From an uncultured Verrucomicrobiae bacterium (lineage in GTDB: Bacteria; Verrucomicrobiota; Verrucomicrobiia; Chthoniobacterales; UBA10450), in NCBI GenBank assembly GCA_963735805.1, contig CAVTMK010000004.1, positions 608,001 through 672,000 of the forward strand: a stretch of 64,000 nt of DNA, in the 5' to 3' direction. Position numbers and translations under genes: made by a program. This document shows, in pieces, positions 10,053 to 18,962 of this stretch. The notes below the pieces were generated by a model, which was not told the DNA's origin, ran no database searches, and saw nothing but the letters and a program-made list of their open reading frames with translations. The stretch's first letter is position 1, and each line of letters begins with the position of its first letter.

Positions 10053-10820
10053 CTAACGAAACAAGCCGTCAACAAAACCGATTTGATAAAAGAGGAACAA
10101 ACCAAAAATTAAACTGAGCATGCCAGCGGCAGCACCTATATGACGATTGAAAAGTCGAAAACGATTTGCCGAATATGTGATGGGGGCGGCGATGGCCGCA
10201 GTGATCAGCATCATCCCGGCGATCGTCCCGACGCCGAAGATCACTAGATACATCATCGCCCAAATCGGGTTGCGAATAACGGGAAGGACAAGCAGCGCAA
10301 CTGCGGCCGACCCAGCCAGACCGTGAACGATGCCGATGATTGTCGGCCGCAGTGCGCGATAGAGCTTCCAGTTTCCGAATTGTCGGTCTAAACGCGCGGT
10401 TGGCACCGCGTCCTCGGCGTGCCCATGTTCTTCCGGACTATGTTTGTGTGGATGACTATGAATGAAGTCGCCATGCCGATGAGTGTGTTCGTGAAGATGC
10501 TGGCTCGGCGAAACCGATTCCACGCTGTGCCTAAACGCGCGCAAGTTCAGCAGGCCAAGTAAAACCAGCATGATCGCTACACAAAATTCCAAGCCCATTC
10601 CGAGACGCTCTGGGATTACCACGCCGAATAAAATGATCGCTCCACCGACTACGAGCAGGGTGATGCTATGTCCGATGCCCCAAAAAACTCCGGTCATTGC
10701 GGCGCTGCCGATGTGACGTTGCCGGCTGACAATAGTTGTGACCGCAACGACATGATCGGAGTCGGTGGCGTGCCGCATGCCGAGAAAAAAGCCGAGAAAT
10801 AGAATTGAAAGCAGAGTCAT
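10053..10820 (-). CDS. High-affinity nickel permease (NiCoT/HoxN-NixA/UreH-like)
   Basis: MRHATDSDH signature, GHS and HGLAGS motifs, His-rich loop. The true start ATG 10820 overlaps the hypA stop. Confidence 0.9.
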   Translation of the reverse strand: MTLLSILFLGFFLGMRHATDSDHVVAVTTIVSRQRHIGSAAMTGVFWGIGHSITLLVVGGAIILFGVVIPERLGMGLEFCVAIMLVLLGLLNLRAFRHSVESVSPSQHLHEHTHRHGDFIHSHPHKHSPEEHGHAEDAVPTARLDRQFGNWKLYRALRPTIIGIVHGLAGSAAVALLVLPVIRNPIWAMMYLVIFGVGTIAGMMLITAAIAAPITYSANRFRLFNRHIGAAAGMLSLIFGLFLFYQIGFVDGLFR

Positions 10821-11206
10821 GAGGGCACCGGTTGGATCTGACGAAACTTCACCGACTTGATCGCGCATTCTTTGCCCTGTGTTTCCTCGACAGTCTTGCT
10901 GCACGACGGGCATTGAAATGTCACAACGGGTGCACCCGCCAGAATATCGTCCCAGTATTTCGGTCGCCCGCGATAAGAGCAATGCGGGCAGTCCACAAAC
11001 GCTTCGACCTTGTCGATTTTTAGACTCGATCCCTCAAGCGACGTTTCTTTGGTGATCGATTCATAACAAAAGCGCAGCTGATCGTGCTCGATGTGGCTGA
11101 GCTCGCCGATCTCGAGCCGAACCTCGCAAATTTTCTTGTCCGGATTCTCGCAAGCGAATTCGGAAAGTTTCTCGACCAGGTTCGCGGCGATCGAGAACTC
11201 GTGCAT
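10817..11206 (-). CDS. hypA: Nickel metallochaperone HypA
   Basis: MHE N-terminus, IGELS, two CxxC (CPHC, CPSC) and GKE. Confidence 0.94.
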   Translation of the reverse strand: MHEFSIAANLVEKLSEFACENPDKKICEVRLEIGELSHIEHDQLRFCYESITKETSLEGSSLKIDKVEAFVDCPHCSYRGRPKYWDDILAGAPVVTFQCPSCSKTVEETQGKECAIKSVKFRQIQPVPS

Positions 11207-11211
11207 GTAAT

Positions 11212-11904
11212 TTAGACCGCGAGCAAAGCGACCGCGACTTTCTCAATGCCTTCCCCGGTTTTGCAACTGGTCGGAATAACTTTGATATCGGGCTTGAGTT
11301 TGTGCACGTCGCTGGCCAGATCTTCAACGCTCACGTCCATCGCCGTGGCCATATCGATTTTGTTAATTACGACAAGCTGCGCGCCAAGAAACATATGTGG
11401 ATGTTTGCGCACCATCCAGGGTCCCTCGGTCACGCTGACTACGACCACACGCGCCTTTGAGCCCAGTGGAAACTCGGCAGGGCAAATCAGATTCCCAATG
11501 TTTTCAATGAAAAGCAGCTTGACCTTATCGACGTCAATCTTGCGCAAGCCTTTGCCGACAAGATTCGCATCCAGATGGCAACCGTTGACGGTGGCGATTT
11601 GAACAACCGGCACATTCTGTTTTGCGATTGCGTCGGCGTCGTTGCTGGTCGTCGCATCGCCGTTAAATACGGCAACACCCATTTTGTCCTTCAATTTTTC
11701 GACCAGCTTCGCGATCAATGTGGTCTTGCCGGATCCAATCGCGCCCATGAAATCGATCGCTGTTGTTCCATGTTGGTCCAACAAGGCGCGATTCTCCTTC
11801 GCAAGTTTTTCATTCGCTTCGAGCAAACTGTGCTCGAGCTCGATGTCGTAGATCTCATCCGGCGACGCTTCGATGGTCGCCTGTATCCCGCCTTCGTTAG
11901 CCAT
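11212..11904 (-). CDS. hypB: Nickel-insertion GTPase HypB
   Basis: P-loop GAIGSGKT, GCHLDA, ENIGNLICPA and NKID. Confidence 0.95.
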   Translation of the reverse strand: MANEGGIQATIEASPDEIYDIELEHSLLEANEKLAKENRALLDQHGTTAIDFMGAIGSGKTTLIAKLVEKLKDKMGVAVFNGDATTSNDADAIAKQNVPVVQIATVNGCHLDANLVGKGLRKIDVDKVKLLFIENIGNLICPAEFPLGSKARVVVVSVTEGPWMVRKHPHMFLGAQLVVINKIDMATAMDVSVEDLASDVHKLKPDIKVIPTSCKTGEGIEKVAVALLAV

Positions 11905-11907
11905 GAA

Positions 11908-13719
11908 TCAGTGAGCCAATCCGGCGAGGCCCGTCGGGGTGTGCATTTTCTTCAGCACCTTGCCGCCGCCGAGATACATGTGAACACCGCATGGCAGGCA
12001 TGGATCGAAGCTGCGCACTGCGCGCATGATGTCGATGCCCTTAAATTTGTCGGGACCATTGTCTTCAAAGATCGGCGTGTTTTGCACGGCGTCCTCGTAC
12101 GGTCCCGGCGTTCCGTATATATCACGCGGATTAGCGTTCCACGGAGTGGGAGGGTACGGATGATAATTTGCGATCTTGCCGCCGCGAATGACCAGGTGAT
12201 GTGAAAGAACACCGCGGACTGCTTCGTGAAATCCGCAACCGATGGCTTCGTCGGGAACCTTGAAAGGTGTAAACGTGGCCGTGCGCCCCGCGTGCACTTC
12301 CGCGATTGCCTTCTCAAAGAAATAATAAGCGCAGGCTGCGGCATACGCCTGGAAATAGGTGCGAGCGCGATCGCGCTCGATGGCGTTGCTCCACTTCGGA
12401 ATGTGCCAGGTAAATTCGACCTCCGGTTTTGTCGCCGTCTTCGGCAACCGAATGCGCACCGTTTTGTCCCCCGGCGCTTTGACGTAGCCGATATCGACCA
12501 AACCGGCGAGTGCTGTCGCCCACAAGCGCGCGATCGGGCCGCCACCGGTGTCTAGTGCCAGGTGATCGCCGGTGCGTTTATCCAGCCAGCGCGGCGACAT
12601 GACCCAGGTGTAATTACCGGCAAAATCACGTTTCTGCGGTTTAGGAATAGTGGTTTGGTTCCAGGGATGCCGGCGATCGACTGGATTGCCTAACGGATCG
12701 TTCTTTACGAATACTTCGCCGTTCTCACCCCAGTCTTCATAATATGAGGAGCCAAGCAGAATACGGATGCCGAGGTTAATATCGACGAGATTGGTAGTGA
12801 CGAGCTCGCCGTCTACCACGATACCGGGCGTAACGTACATCGCCTTGCCCCATTCGTTCATGGTCTTGTAGTTGTAATCGCAAACGTCCGGGTCCTGGAA
12901 CGAACCCCAGCAGCCTAACAGGATGCGGCGTTGGCCGACTTGCTCGTATCCCGGCAGGGCCTCATAGAAAAAGTCGAACAGGTCGTCATGCAACGGCAGG
13001 CAGCGTTTCATGAACTCGGCATAATGCGCCAGACGCACCATGTAATCGGTGAAGACCTGAATCGACGGCACGGTGCCGACGCCGCCCGGGTAGAGTGTCG
13101 AGGGGTGAACGTGTCGCCCTTCCATCAAGCAAAACATCTCGCGCGTGTAACGGCTGACTTGTAACGTTTCGCGGTAAAATTCGCCTTCGAACGGATTCAG
13201 CGCGTGCATGATGTCGGCGATGGTCCGATAACCGTGGTCCTTTGCGTGGGGCGCCTCTGTTCTTTGCGCTTTTTCCCAAACACCAGGGTTTGTTTCTTTC
13301 ACCATCATCTCGCAGAAATCGACGCCCACCAGATTGTCCTGGAAAATATTGTGATCGAACATGTACTCGGCTGCTTCACCGAGATTCACGATCCATTCTC
13401 CAAGCGGCGGTGGTTTCACTCCGTAGGCCATTTGCTGTGCATAACAGGAGCAGGTGGCGTGATTGTCACCGCAGATGCCGCAGATCCGGCTGGTAATGAA
13501 GTGGGCGTCGCGCGGATCTTTGTTCTGCATAAAGATGCTGTAGCCGCGGAAAATCGACGAAGTGCTGTAACATTCGACTACTTGTTTGGTGTCGAAGTTA
13601 ATTTTTGTGAAAATGCCGAGACTGCCGACGATCCGGGTAATCGGATCCCAGTTCATCTCTACGATGTTCCCCTGGGGTGCAGATGTCCCTCTCTGGGGTG
13701 CGGTGATTACTTCAGCCAT
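11908..13719 (-). CDS. hhyL: Group 1h [NiFe]-hydrogenase large subunit
   Basis: L1 TSRICGICGDNH and L2 SFDPCLPCGVH followed by a cleavable C-terminal tail. SD AAGGAG. Confidence 0.95.
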   Translation of the reverse strand: MAEVITAPQRGTSAPQGNIVEMNWDPITRIVGSLGIFTKINFDTKQVVECYSTSSIFRGYSIFMQNKDPRDAHFITSRICGICGDNHATCSCYAQQMAYGVKPPPLGEWIVNLGEAAEYMFDHNIFQDNLVGVDFCEMMVKETNPGVWEKAQRTEAPHAKDHGYRTIADIMHALNPFEGEFYRETLQVSRYTREMFCLMEGRHVHPSTLYPGGVGTVPSIQVFTDYMVRLAHYAEFMKRCLPLHDDLFDFFYEALPGYEQVGQRRILLGCWGSFQDPDVCDYNYKTMNEWGKAMYVTPGIVVDGELVTTNLVDINLGIRILLGSSYYEDWGENGEVFVKNDPLGNPVDRRHPWNQTTIPKPQKRDFAGNYTWVMSPRWLDKRTGDHLALDTGGGPIARLWATALAGLVDIGYVKAPGDKTVRIRLPKTATKPEVEFTWHIPKWSNAIERDRARTYFQAYAAACAYYFFEKAIAEVHAGRTATFTPFKVPDEAIGCGFHEAVRGVLSHHLVIRGGKIANYHPYPPTPWNANPRDIYGTPGPYEDAVQNTPIFEDNGPDKFKGIDIMRAVRSFDPCLPCGVHMYLGGGKVLKKMHTPTGLAGLAH

Positions 13720-13731
13720 AAATATCTCCTT

Positions 13732-14802
13732 TTAGTTGCGACTCTGTCCGTAGAATTTCGGTTCGTATCCAGTGGTCAGTTCGCCGCCTGGATGACGCCA
13801 CTTTGGTTCTTTGTTGACGGCGCGATTTGTGATTGCGCGCAGTCCCCGAAGCACGCTTCCCCACATGCCAACGACCACCGTGGAAAGGGCTGAGCCCGGC
13901 GGCGCATCCATGAACGGCATGAATTTATCGGGGAAACCGGGCATCGTGCAGCCGATGCAAATTCCGCCCACGTTCGGACAACCGCCGACGCCGTCCATCC
14001 AACCGCGCTTGGTCACGTTGCAGTTAACGACAGGACCCCAGCAGCCAATTTTTACCAGGCATTTCGGCGAGCCGTACTCCTTGGCGAAATCGGCCTGCTC
14101 GTAATAACCGGCGCGATCGCATCCCTCGTGCACGGTTTTACCGAACAGCCAGGTCGGCCGCAGTTGATCGTCCAGCGGAATGATCGGAGCAAGCCCGGCA
14201 ACTTGATAGAGAAGATACAGCAGCGTTTCCATCATGTTATCCGGCTGCACGGGACAGCCCGGGACATTCACAACCGGCAAGCCGGCTTTGGATTTCCAGT
14301 CCCAGCCGAGGTAGTCGCACAATCCCATTGCGCCTGTGGGGTTTCCCTCCATGGCGTGAATACCGCCGTAAGTGGCGCACGTTCCCGCGGCGATAACAGC
14401 CGTCGCTTTCGGTGCGAGTCTGTCGATCCATTCATTAGTCGTGATGGGCTGCCCGGTCGCGGGATCGGTACCCATCGCGGCCCAATAACCTTCCTTTTTG
14501 ATTTTTTCGTTAGGCACCGAGCCTTCGAGCACGAGAACAAACGGCTCGAGCTTGCCCGCAGCCGCGTCGAACCAATGCTTCATAAAATCATCGCCGACTT
14601 CATAGGCGAGTACGGGATTATGGACGTGGACCTTTGGCAGGCCGGGAATGGCGCCCAGGATAACGTCTTCTATGCTAGGCAGCGAGGCAGCAGTGATGGA
14701 CACAGAATCTCCGTCGCATCCCAGACCGGTCGTCATCCAGACGATATGAATTTCTTTAACGTCCGGAGGACGATCGGCAATGATCATCTCAGGTGCTTTC
14801 AT
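13732..14802 (-). CDS. hhyS: Group 1h [NiFe]-hydrogenase small subunit (no Tat peptide)
   Basis: GLGCDGDS (Asp-ligated proximal cluster), GTCATYGG, PGCP, HEGCDR and GGCPNVGGICIGCTMPGFPD. Strong SD AGGAGGT. Confidence 0.95.
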   Translation of the reverse strand: MKAPEMIIADRPPDVKEIHIVWMTTGLGCDGDSVSITAASLPSIEDVILGAIPGLPKVHVHNPVLAYEVGDDFMKHWFDAAAGKLEPFVLVLEGSVPNEKIKKEGYWAAMGTDPATGQPITTNEWIDRLAPKATAVIAAGTCATYGGIHAMEGNPTGAMGLCDYLGWDWKSKAGLPVVNVPGCPVQPDNMMETLLYLLYQVAGLAPIIPLDDQLRPTWLFGKTVHEGCDRAGYYEQADFAKEYGSPKCLVKIGCWGPVVNCNVTKRGWMDGVGGCPNVGGICIGCTMPGFPDKFMPFMDAPPGSALSTVVVGMWGSVLRGLRAITNRAVNKEPKWRHPGGELTTGYEPKFYGQSRN

Positions 14803-14863
14803 GGTTTTTACCTCCTGCTTTTACATAACTGTTTTCAAAAATTGAATTTTTGGGAGCGCGGCA

Positions 14864-14995
14864 CTACATGCTTTTCAGTCGAAAATAGCGCCGCATTTCG
14901 GGTATCATCGCAATTACTACGATAATGATAATAAGAGCCACAATCGCGCCCAGGATTTCCCATGCCAAAAGGGCTACATTGGTCGTTTCGTCCAT
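14864..14995 (-). CDS. Unannotated 43-aa single-pass membrane microprotein (resembles the small DUF6893-type protein of Hhy clusters)
   Basis: Manual translation MDETTNVALLAWEILGAIVALIIIIVVIAMIPEMRRYFRLKSM. The perfect SD AGGAGGT overlaps the protease stop codon. Below the ORF-track cutoff. Confidence 0.85.
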   Translation of the reverse strand: MDETTNVALLAWEILGAIVALIIIIVVIAMIPEMRRYFRLKSM

Positions 14996-15003
14996 AGTAC
15001 CTC

Positions 15004-15579
15004 CTATATGATTTCGCTTGGCTGCGAAGTTTGGTCGCAACTATTTTTGCCCGCAGAACATTTTGCCGATCGCCCGGCGCGAAGGTCGGCAATCAGGTTT
15101 TCGATCATTTCAACCGCCGGCGTGACGGCTGCCCGGACAATCGCGCTCAATCGGATCTGTCCGTCTTCGCGCTCTAAAACGGCAGGTTCGCATCCCACCA
15201 CGTAGACCTCGCGCGGTTTGCCGCCGAGCGAGCGCACTAACTGCAGCGCCCGAACTGGATTCATGCTATGAGCATTAACTACCTCATCAATTCCTTCGTC
15301 TAGTTTATTTTTGTCCGGCTCGATATTTATTTCCGGCCGGATCAGGTAGATCGTTCCGGGCGCTTCGCCACGGGGAGAAGCATCGATTAAGATTGTGGCG
15401 TCGTAATCATCCATAATCGCGTAGGCAAGATCGTAACTGCGGATACCAAAATCGCGGACGGTTACGCCGTCGGGCAAAGGACGTTTGGCCAATTCCACCG
15501 CAACTTCGCAACCGAATGCGTCGTCTCCGAAAAAAATGTTTCCGATGCCGGCAACGAGAATGCGTTTCATCTCCAACAT
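15004..15579 (-). CDS. Hydrogenase maturation endopeptidase (HupD/HyaD family)
   Basis: GIGNIFFGDDAFG, DFGIR, IDA, NAHSM and VVGCEP. Start 15579 or 15570. Confidence 0.93.
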   Translation of the reverse strand: MLEMKRILVAGIGNIFFGDDAFGCEVAVELAKRPLPDGVTVRDFGIRSYDLAYAIMDDYDATILIDASPRGEAPGTIYLIRPEINIEPDKNKLDEGIDEVVNAHSMNPVRALQLVRSLGGKPREVYVVGCEPAVLEREDGQIRLSAIVRAAVTPAVEMIENLIADLRAGRSAKCSAGKNSCDQTSQPSEII

Positions 15580-15795
15580 TATTGCATGAGGTCACGTAGC
15601 GCGCGCGGGTCAGGGATTCCCCGATACAAGAATCATGGCGGCGTTCTCTTGCATTGAGTGAATTGCGGCCGGATTTTTATGGCAACCGACCAATGGGCGG
15701 CCGAACAAAACAGACCGACCGGGTGTCGCGACTCTTGGAAAGGAGGGAAAAATGGACAATCGGCAAAACATCAATGCCGTTGTTCTCAGTCAACC

Positions 15796-16125
15796 ATGGG
15801 AGGAGCCAGTTGGGTAAATGTCCTGTTGGGCATTTGGGTGCTCATTTCACCGTTCATGGTCCAATTTGCGCGGTTACCCGCAGCAATGTGGAACAACGTG
15901 ATCGTCGGCATTGTAATTGCGCTACTCGCGCTCATTCGCACGAGCACACCATGGCAATCAGGGTGGAGTTGGGCCAACGTAATCCTTGGGATATGGATGA
16001 TCATCTCCCCGTTCGCACTCGGCGCCATGACCACGGCGATACTTTGGAACAACATTATCCTGGGCATCGTCATTGCACTTGTTGCCTGTGCTAACGCCAC
16101 GATGAGGACTCCCGCAGCTGTATAA
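15796..16125 (+). CDS. SPW-repeat small membrane protein
   Basis: Two repeats of W.N..LG.W..ISPF....WNN.I.GI. About 4 TM segments. Start uncertain (15679 possible). Confidence 0.85.
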   Translation: MGGASWVNVLLGIWVLISPFMVQFARLPAAMWNNVIVGIVIALLALIRTSTPWQSGWSWANVILGIWMIISPFALGAMTTAILWNNIILGIVIALVACANATMRTPAAV

Positions 16126-16251
16126 AAGCGCCTGAGAAAAAAGCGCGCGATGTCTCTCAGTCACGTCCACAGTTTCGATTGAGTCACTCGCGCGCCCGAC
16201 GGGCGATTCGATTCGACGTAGCAGATTCTCTTTTCGCTTGAGTTTCCCGAA

Positions 16252-17472
16252 TTAAATCGGTTCCACTTCGTCCGCTGAATAAAAGAATCGATGTCCGATG
16301 TGGCGATCCATTCCCAAATCGCGCCCGGGATCATCCTCCAGGACGAGTGCAAAATGTACGTTGTGCTCTACGTCCTCTTCGACCGCTTCGATGATCCCCA
16401 CCTTCCCGTCTAGCGCCATGTCCATGATATCAGCGCGCTTTTTAGGGCGAATCCGTACACGGTCGCCTTTCTTAAGATCGACACCGCGGACGTTCGCGCT
16501 TTCGATCTTCTGCGCCGGATTAAAAAAATCCTGATTGGACGCACGCACCTCGCGCAGTGTCCCGTGCATTTGCATGAAATGCTCCGCAGAAAGTCTTTCC
16601 GTTCGTTCAAGAATCCGACGCGCATGCTCGTCGATATTTCGCATCTCTAATTTCTCCTCATCAGTCATCGTTTTGACGCGCAAGGCCAGGATTTCGTCGA
16701 TCTCAGTGCTGTCGAAAAGATCGCCTGCGCTTTCGGCTGCGACCTTCGGATAATCGTAAAGAATAATCGGAGACGCCAACATCGTATCACGGTCGTGCTT
16801 TGCTTCATCGCCCACCAGCACCGGCCAGCATCCGATATTCCGGCACGCTTTCGCCGCGTTTTCGTATTTTGGATCGGGATCGAGCAGTGATATGAATTCG
16901 CCCCCCGTGGCGTGCAAAACCGTATGAGTTGACGCGAACGTCCGCATGATCACTTCTTCATGGGTCTCCACGCGGTCCGAGGGCACCGGTGTTTCGTTAA
17001 AAATGCGCACTGTGATCTTCGAAACTGCTCGATCAACCTCGTGCGTCTCGAGCTCAAGTCGTCCGGAAATCATTTCATTTCGCCGCACCGTTGTTCCATC
17101 GATCGTGCGCGCGTTTGGGAAAGTGAACTTCTGTCCGTGTCTTTTTGGCGCGCTTAACGAAACGGGTCCCAGTTTTATTTCGCGTTCAATTGCTTCGAGC
17201 CAGACCTGTTCACCCGTCTCTCGCGCCAATGGTTGGAGAAAGCGTACGTTTATTTCCAGCGATACGTCATGCGATTCATTGCGCACGAGGCATTCGGTCT
17301 GCATCGAACACCGTTCGCGATCGCCTTGCGCTGCGCTGTACTGTTTTGGGTAAACCCGTCCGAAGGTGAAACGCTCGCGCTGGTTCTTTTTTGACGACGC
17401 GCGGTACGGATAAAGAATGTAGCCTTCGTAGAGAACGGCATGGACGACTTTATCGACAAGTTCGCGATTCAT
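16252..17472 (-). CDS. Group 1h hydrogenase-associated conserved protein (HhaC-like)
   Basis: AVLYEGYILYPYR N-terminus, SPIILYDYP, DxTEIDEIL and DDPGRDLG, recalled from Hhy-cluster proteins; position in cluster. Confidence 0.75.
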   Translation of the reverse strand: MNRELVDKVVHAVLYEGYILYPYRASSKKNQRERFTFGRVYPKQYSAAQGDRERCSMQTECLVRNESHDVSLEINVRFLQPLARETGEQVWLEAIEREIKLGPVSLSAPKRHGQKFTFPNARTIDGTTVRRNEMISGRLELETHEVDRAVSKITVRIFNETPVPSDRVETHEEVIMRTFASTHTVLHATGGEFISLLDPDPKYENAAKACRNIGCWPVLVGDEAKHDRDTMLASPIILYDYPKVAAESAGDLFDSTEIDEILALRVKTMTDEEKLEMRNIDEHARRILERTERLSAEHFMQMHGTLREVRASNQDFFNPAQKIESANVRGVDLKKGDRVRIRPKKRADIMDMALDGKVGIIEAVEEDVEHNVHFALVLEDDPGRDLGMDRHIGHRFFYSADEVEPI

Positions 17473-18116
17473 GACGCCACATTTCCGTTGGGCGTGAGCA
17501 AGCGCTCAAATACCTCATCCCATGACGATAATCCTTCGCGCCGCTTAAATTCGTAGAGTTGATCGAACACGTCGCGACGCATCGCGATCCACGCGCTATC
17601 CGGATAGTGGTGCTCCATCAGTTCCTGCCAGCGCGCGATCGGCAAGCGCCAGGCGCATTCCTTTTCCCAGGAAACTTTTTGGATTTGCAATCGGCCGTCC
17701 GGCGCAGCGTAAAAAACTGTTCCGCTGAAAAGGAAGAGCAGGGGAACTTCGCCATCCTGTAGAGCGTAAAAATATTTCGTGGCGGCGACGTTGAAATCGA
17801 ACGTACACGGCACAGGCAGGATTGTTCTGGTGTGGCCATGAAATCGGGGCACGATCGTGTTGGCGTGCGTCCAAAGCCTGGTTCGCAAAGTTTTTCCCCA
17901 ATCTTCCGGCGCACCGAAAAGTTCTTTTAACTTTTTCTTTTCCTCCGCGTCGTAAACGCGCTGCGGTGATTGAATCTGGATTTGTGTTTGGAGCATTATG
18001 CTCTGGATTGTTTCCGTTTCAGGCGTGTTCGTGATTTCCAAAATGAAATGCAATAGCGGCGCGAGCCCGCGCTGGGCTGGCTCAATTCCAGTCACTTTGA
18101 AATTAAGATCAGGCAT
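17469..18116 (-). CDS. DUF6084-like hydrogenase-associated protein (HhaB-like)
   Basis: ELFG...W..T, PCTFDFNVAATKYFYAL, LLFSGTVF and W.KE. Overlapping neighbours. Confidence 0.78.
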   Translation of the reverse strand: MPDLNFKVTGIEPAQRGLAPLLHFILEITNTPETETIQSIMLQTQIQIQSPQRVYDAEEKKKLKELFGAPEDWGKTLRTRLWTHANTIVPRFHGHTRTILPVPCTFDFNVAATKYFYALQDGEVPLLFLFSGTVFYAAPDGRLQIQKVSWEKECAWRLPIARWQELMEHHYPDSAWIAMRRDVFDQLYEFKRREGLSSWDEVFERLLTPNGNVAS

Positions 18117-18726
18117 TCGCTTTCAGCTGCGAAAAGAAGCTTTCGATTCTGTCCCAGACTTCCTGACCGCCGGAGAGACCGCGCCAATGCATCCGGATCG
18201 TCCCGACAAGCTCGTAACACCTGTCGATCGGCGCGATGAAATAATCTCGCGCCTTCCCAGCACGATGGACCAGTAGCGCTTCCACGTCCGGTTGCAGTTT
18301 TTGCAGGAGAGCATTTTGGCTCACTAGCGCTTTCCACGCATCGAGTGGAAGGAGCGATTCGGTAGCGCCCGCGGGACTTGGATAATACGCCATCATTTTT
18401 TTTCTATGCGAACTGTAAAAGAAAAAGGCGAGGTTGATTGGCAACGCGAAATTCTCCCAGTCGGCGTCAGCCATTGCAAAGTCGGGCAGTGCACGGGCGT
18501 CGCGCGGGATCAATTTGAATCGCCCTTCAACCACGTCCTGGAATCGCAACGCACACGCGTCGCATGCGCAAACGATCTTTTGCGTCGTCATCTCGAGGAG
18601 ATGTCGATGCTGCGGCGGAACACGAATGCTGCAGAGCTCGCATTGCTCGACAGCCGCGCGGCGGAGCGACTCCCCCTCAGGCTTGACCCCAGCGAACTTG
18701 CGCAAATTAGCCAGGGGTGAGCTCAC
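18109..18726 (-). CDS. DUF5947-like hydrogenase-associated protein (HhaA-like)
   Basis: CELC...CACDAC, YPSPAGATES, PDVEALL, PIDRCYELVG and WRGLSGG. Confidence 0.8.
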   Translation of the reverse strand: MSSPLANLRKFAGVKPEGESLRRAAVEQCELCSIRVPPQHRHLLEMTTQKIVCACDACALRFQDVVEGRFKLIPRDARALPDFAMADADWENFALPINLAFFFYSSHRKKMMAYYPSPAGATESLLPLDAWKALVSQNALLQKLQPDVEALLVHRAGKARDYFIAPIDRCYELVGTIRMHWRGLSGGQEVWDRIESFFSQLKANA

Positions 18727-18773
18727 GGAAAACTTAACGCCAGCCGCGTCTGCGTTAAAGAAGCGATGTAATG

Positions 18774-18962
18774 CTAGGCAGGGGGAATGTTTCCCATTCC
18801 GGGAACGATGGGTTCCCGATCATCAGCATTGATTCCGGTCGAATCACGCGCGCTTCGATAATTTTTTCGGTTTGGATCACGACCGGGCTCATGACTCTTG
18901 AGGGCCTGCTCTTCGCCCTTCGGAGTCCCGGCCACATGCACGGGCTGTGGATTTTTGCTCAT
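18774..18962 (-). CDS. Small hydrophilic conserved hypothetical protein (62 aa)
   Basis: ATG overlaps the upstream stop. The RDSTGINA...PI.P.M.N.PP tail resembles small proteins in Hhy clusters (recalled, unverified). Confidence 0.7.
   Translation of the reverse strand: MSKNPQPVHVAGTPKGEEQALKSHEPGRDPNRKNYRSARDSTGINADDREPIVPGMGNIPPA

Noticed and set aside
300..14802. Formate hydrogenlyase or HDCR-type complex
   Set aside because: The hydrogenase motifs are group 1h uptake type, with no group 4 membrane subunits or [FeFe] enzyme. Parallel electron donors are more parsimonious, though direct coupling cannot be excluded.
14835..15092. 85-aa ORF between the protease gene and hhyS
   Set aside because: It overlaps the protease and has no SD. 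The 43-aa ORF in another frame has a perfect SD and a TM helix.
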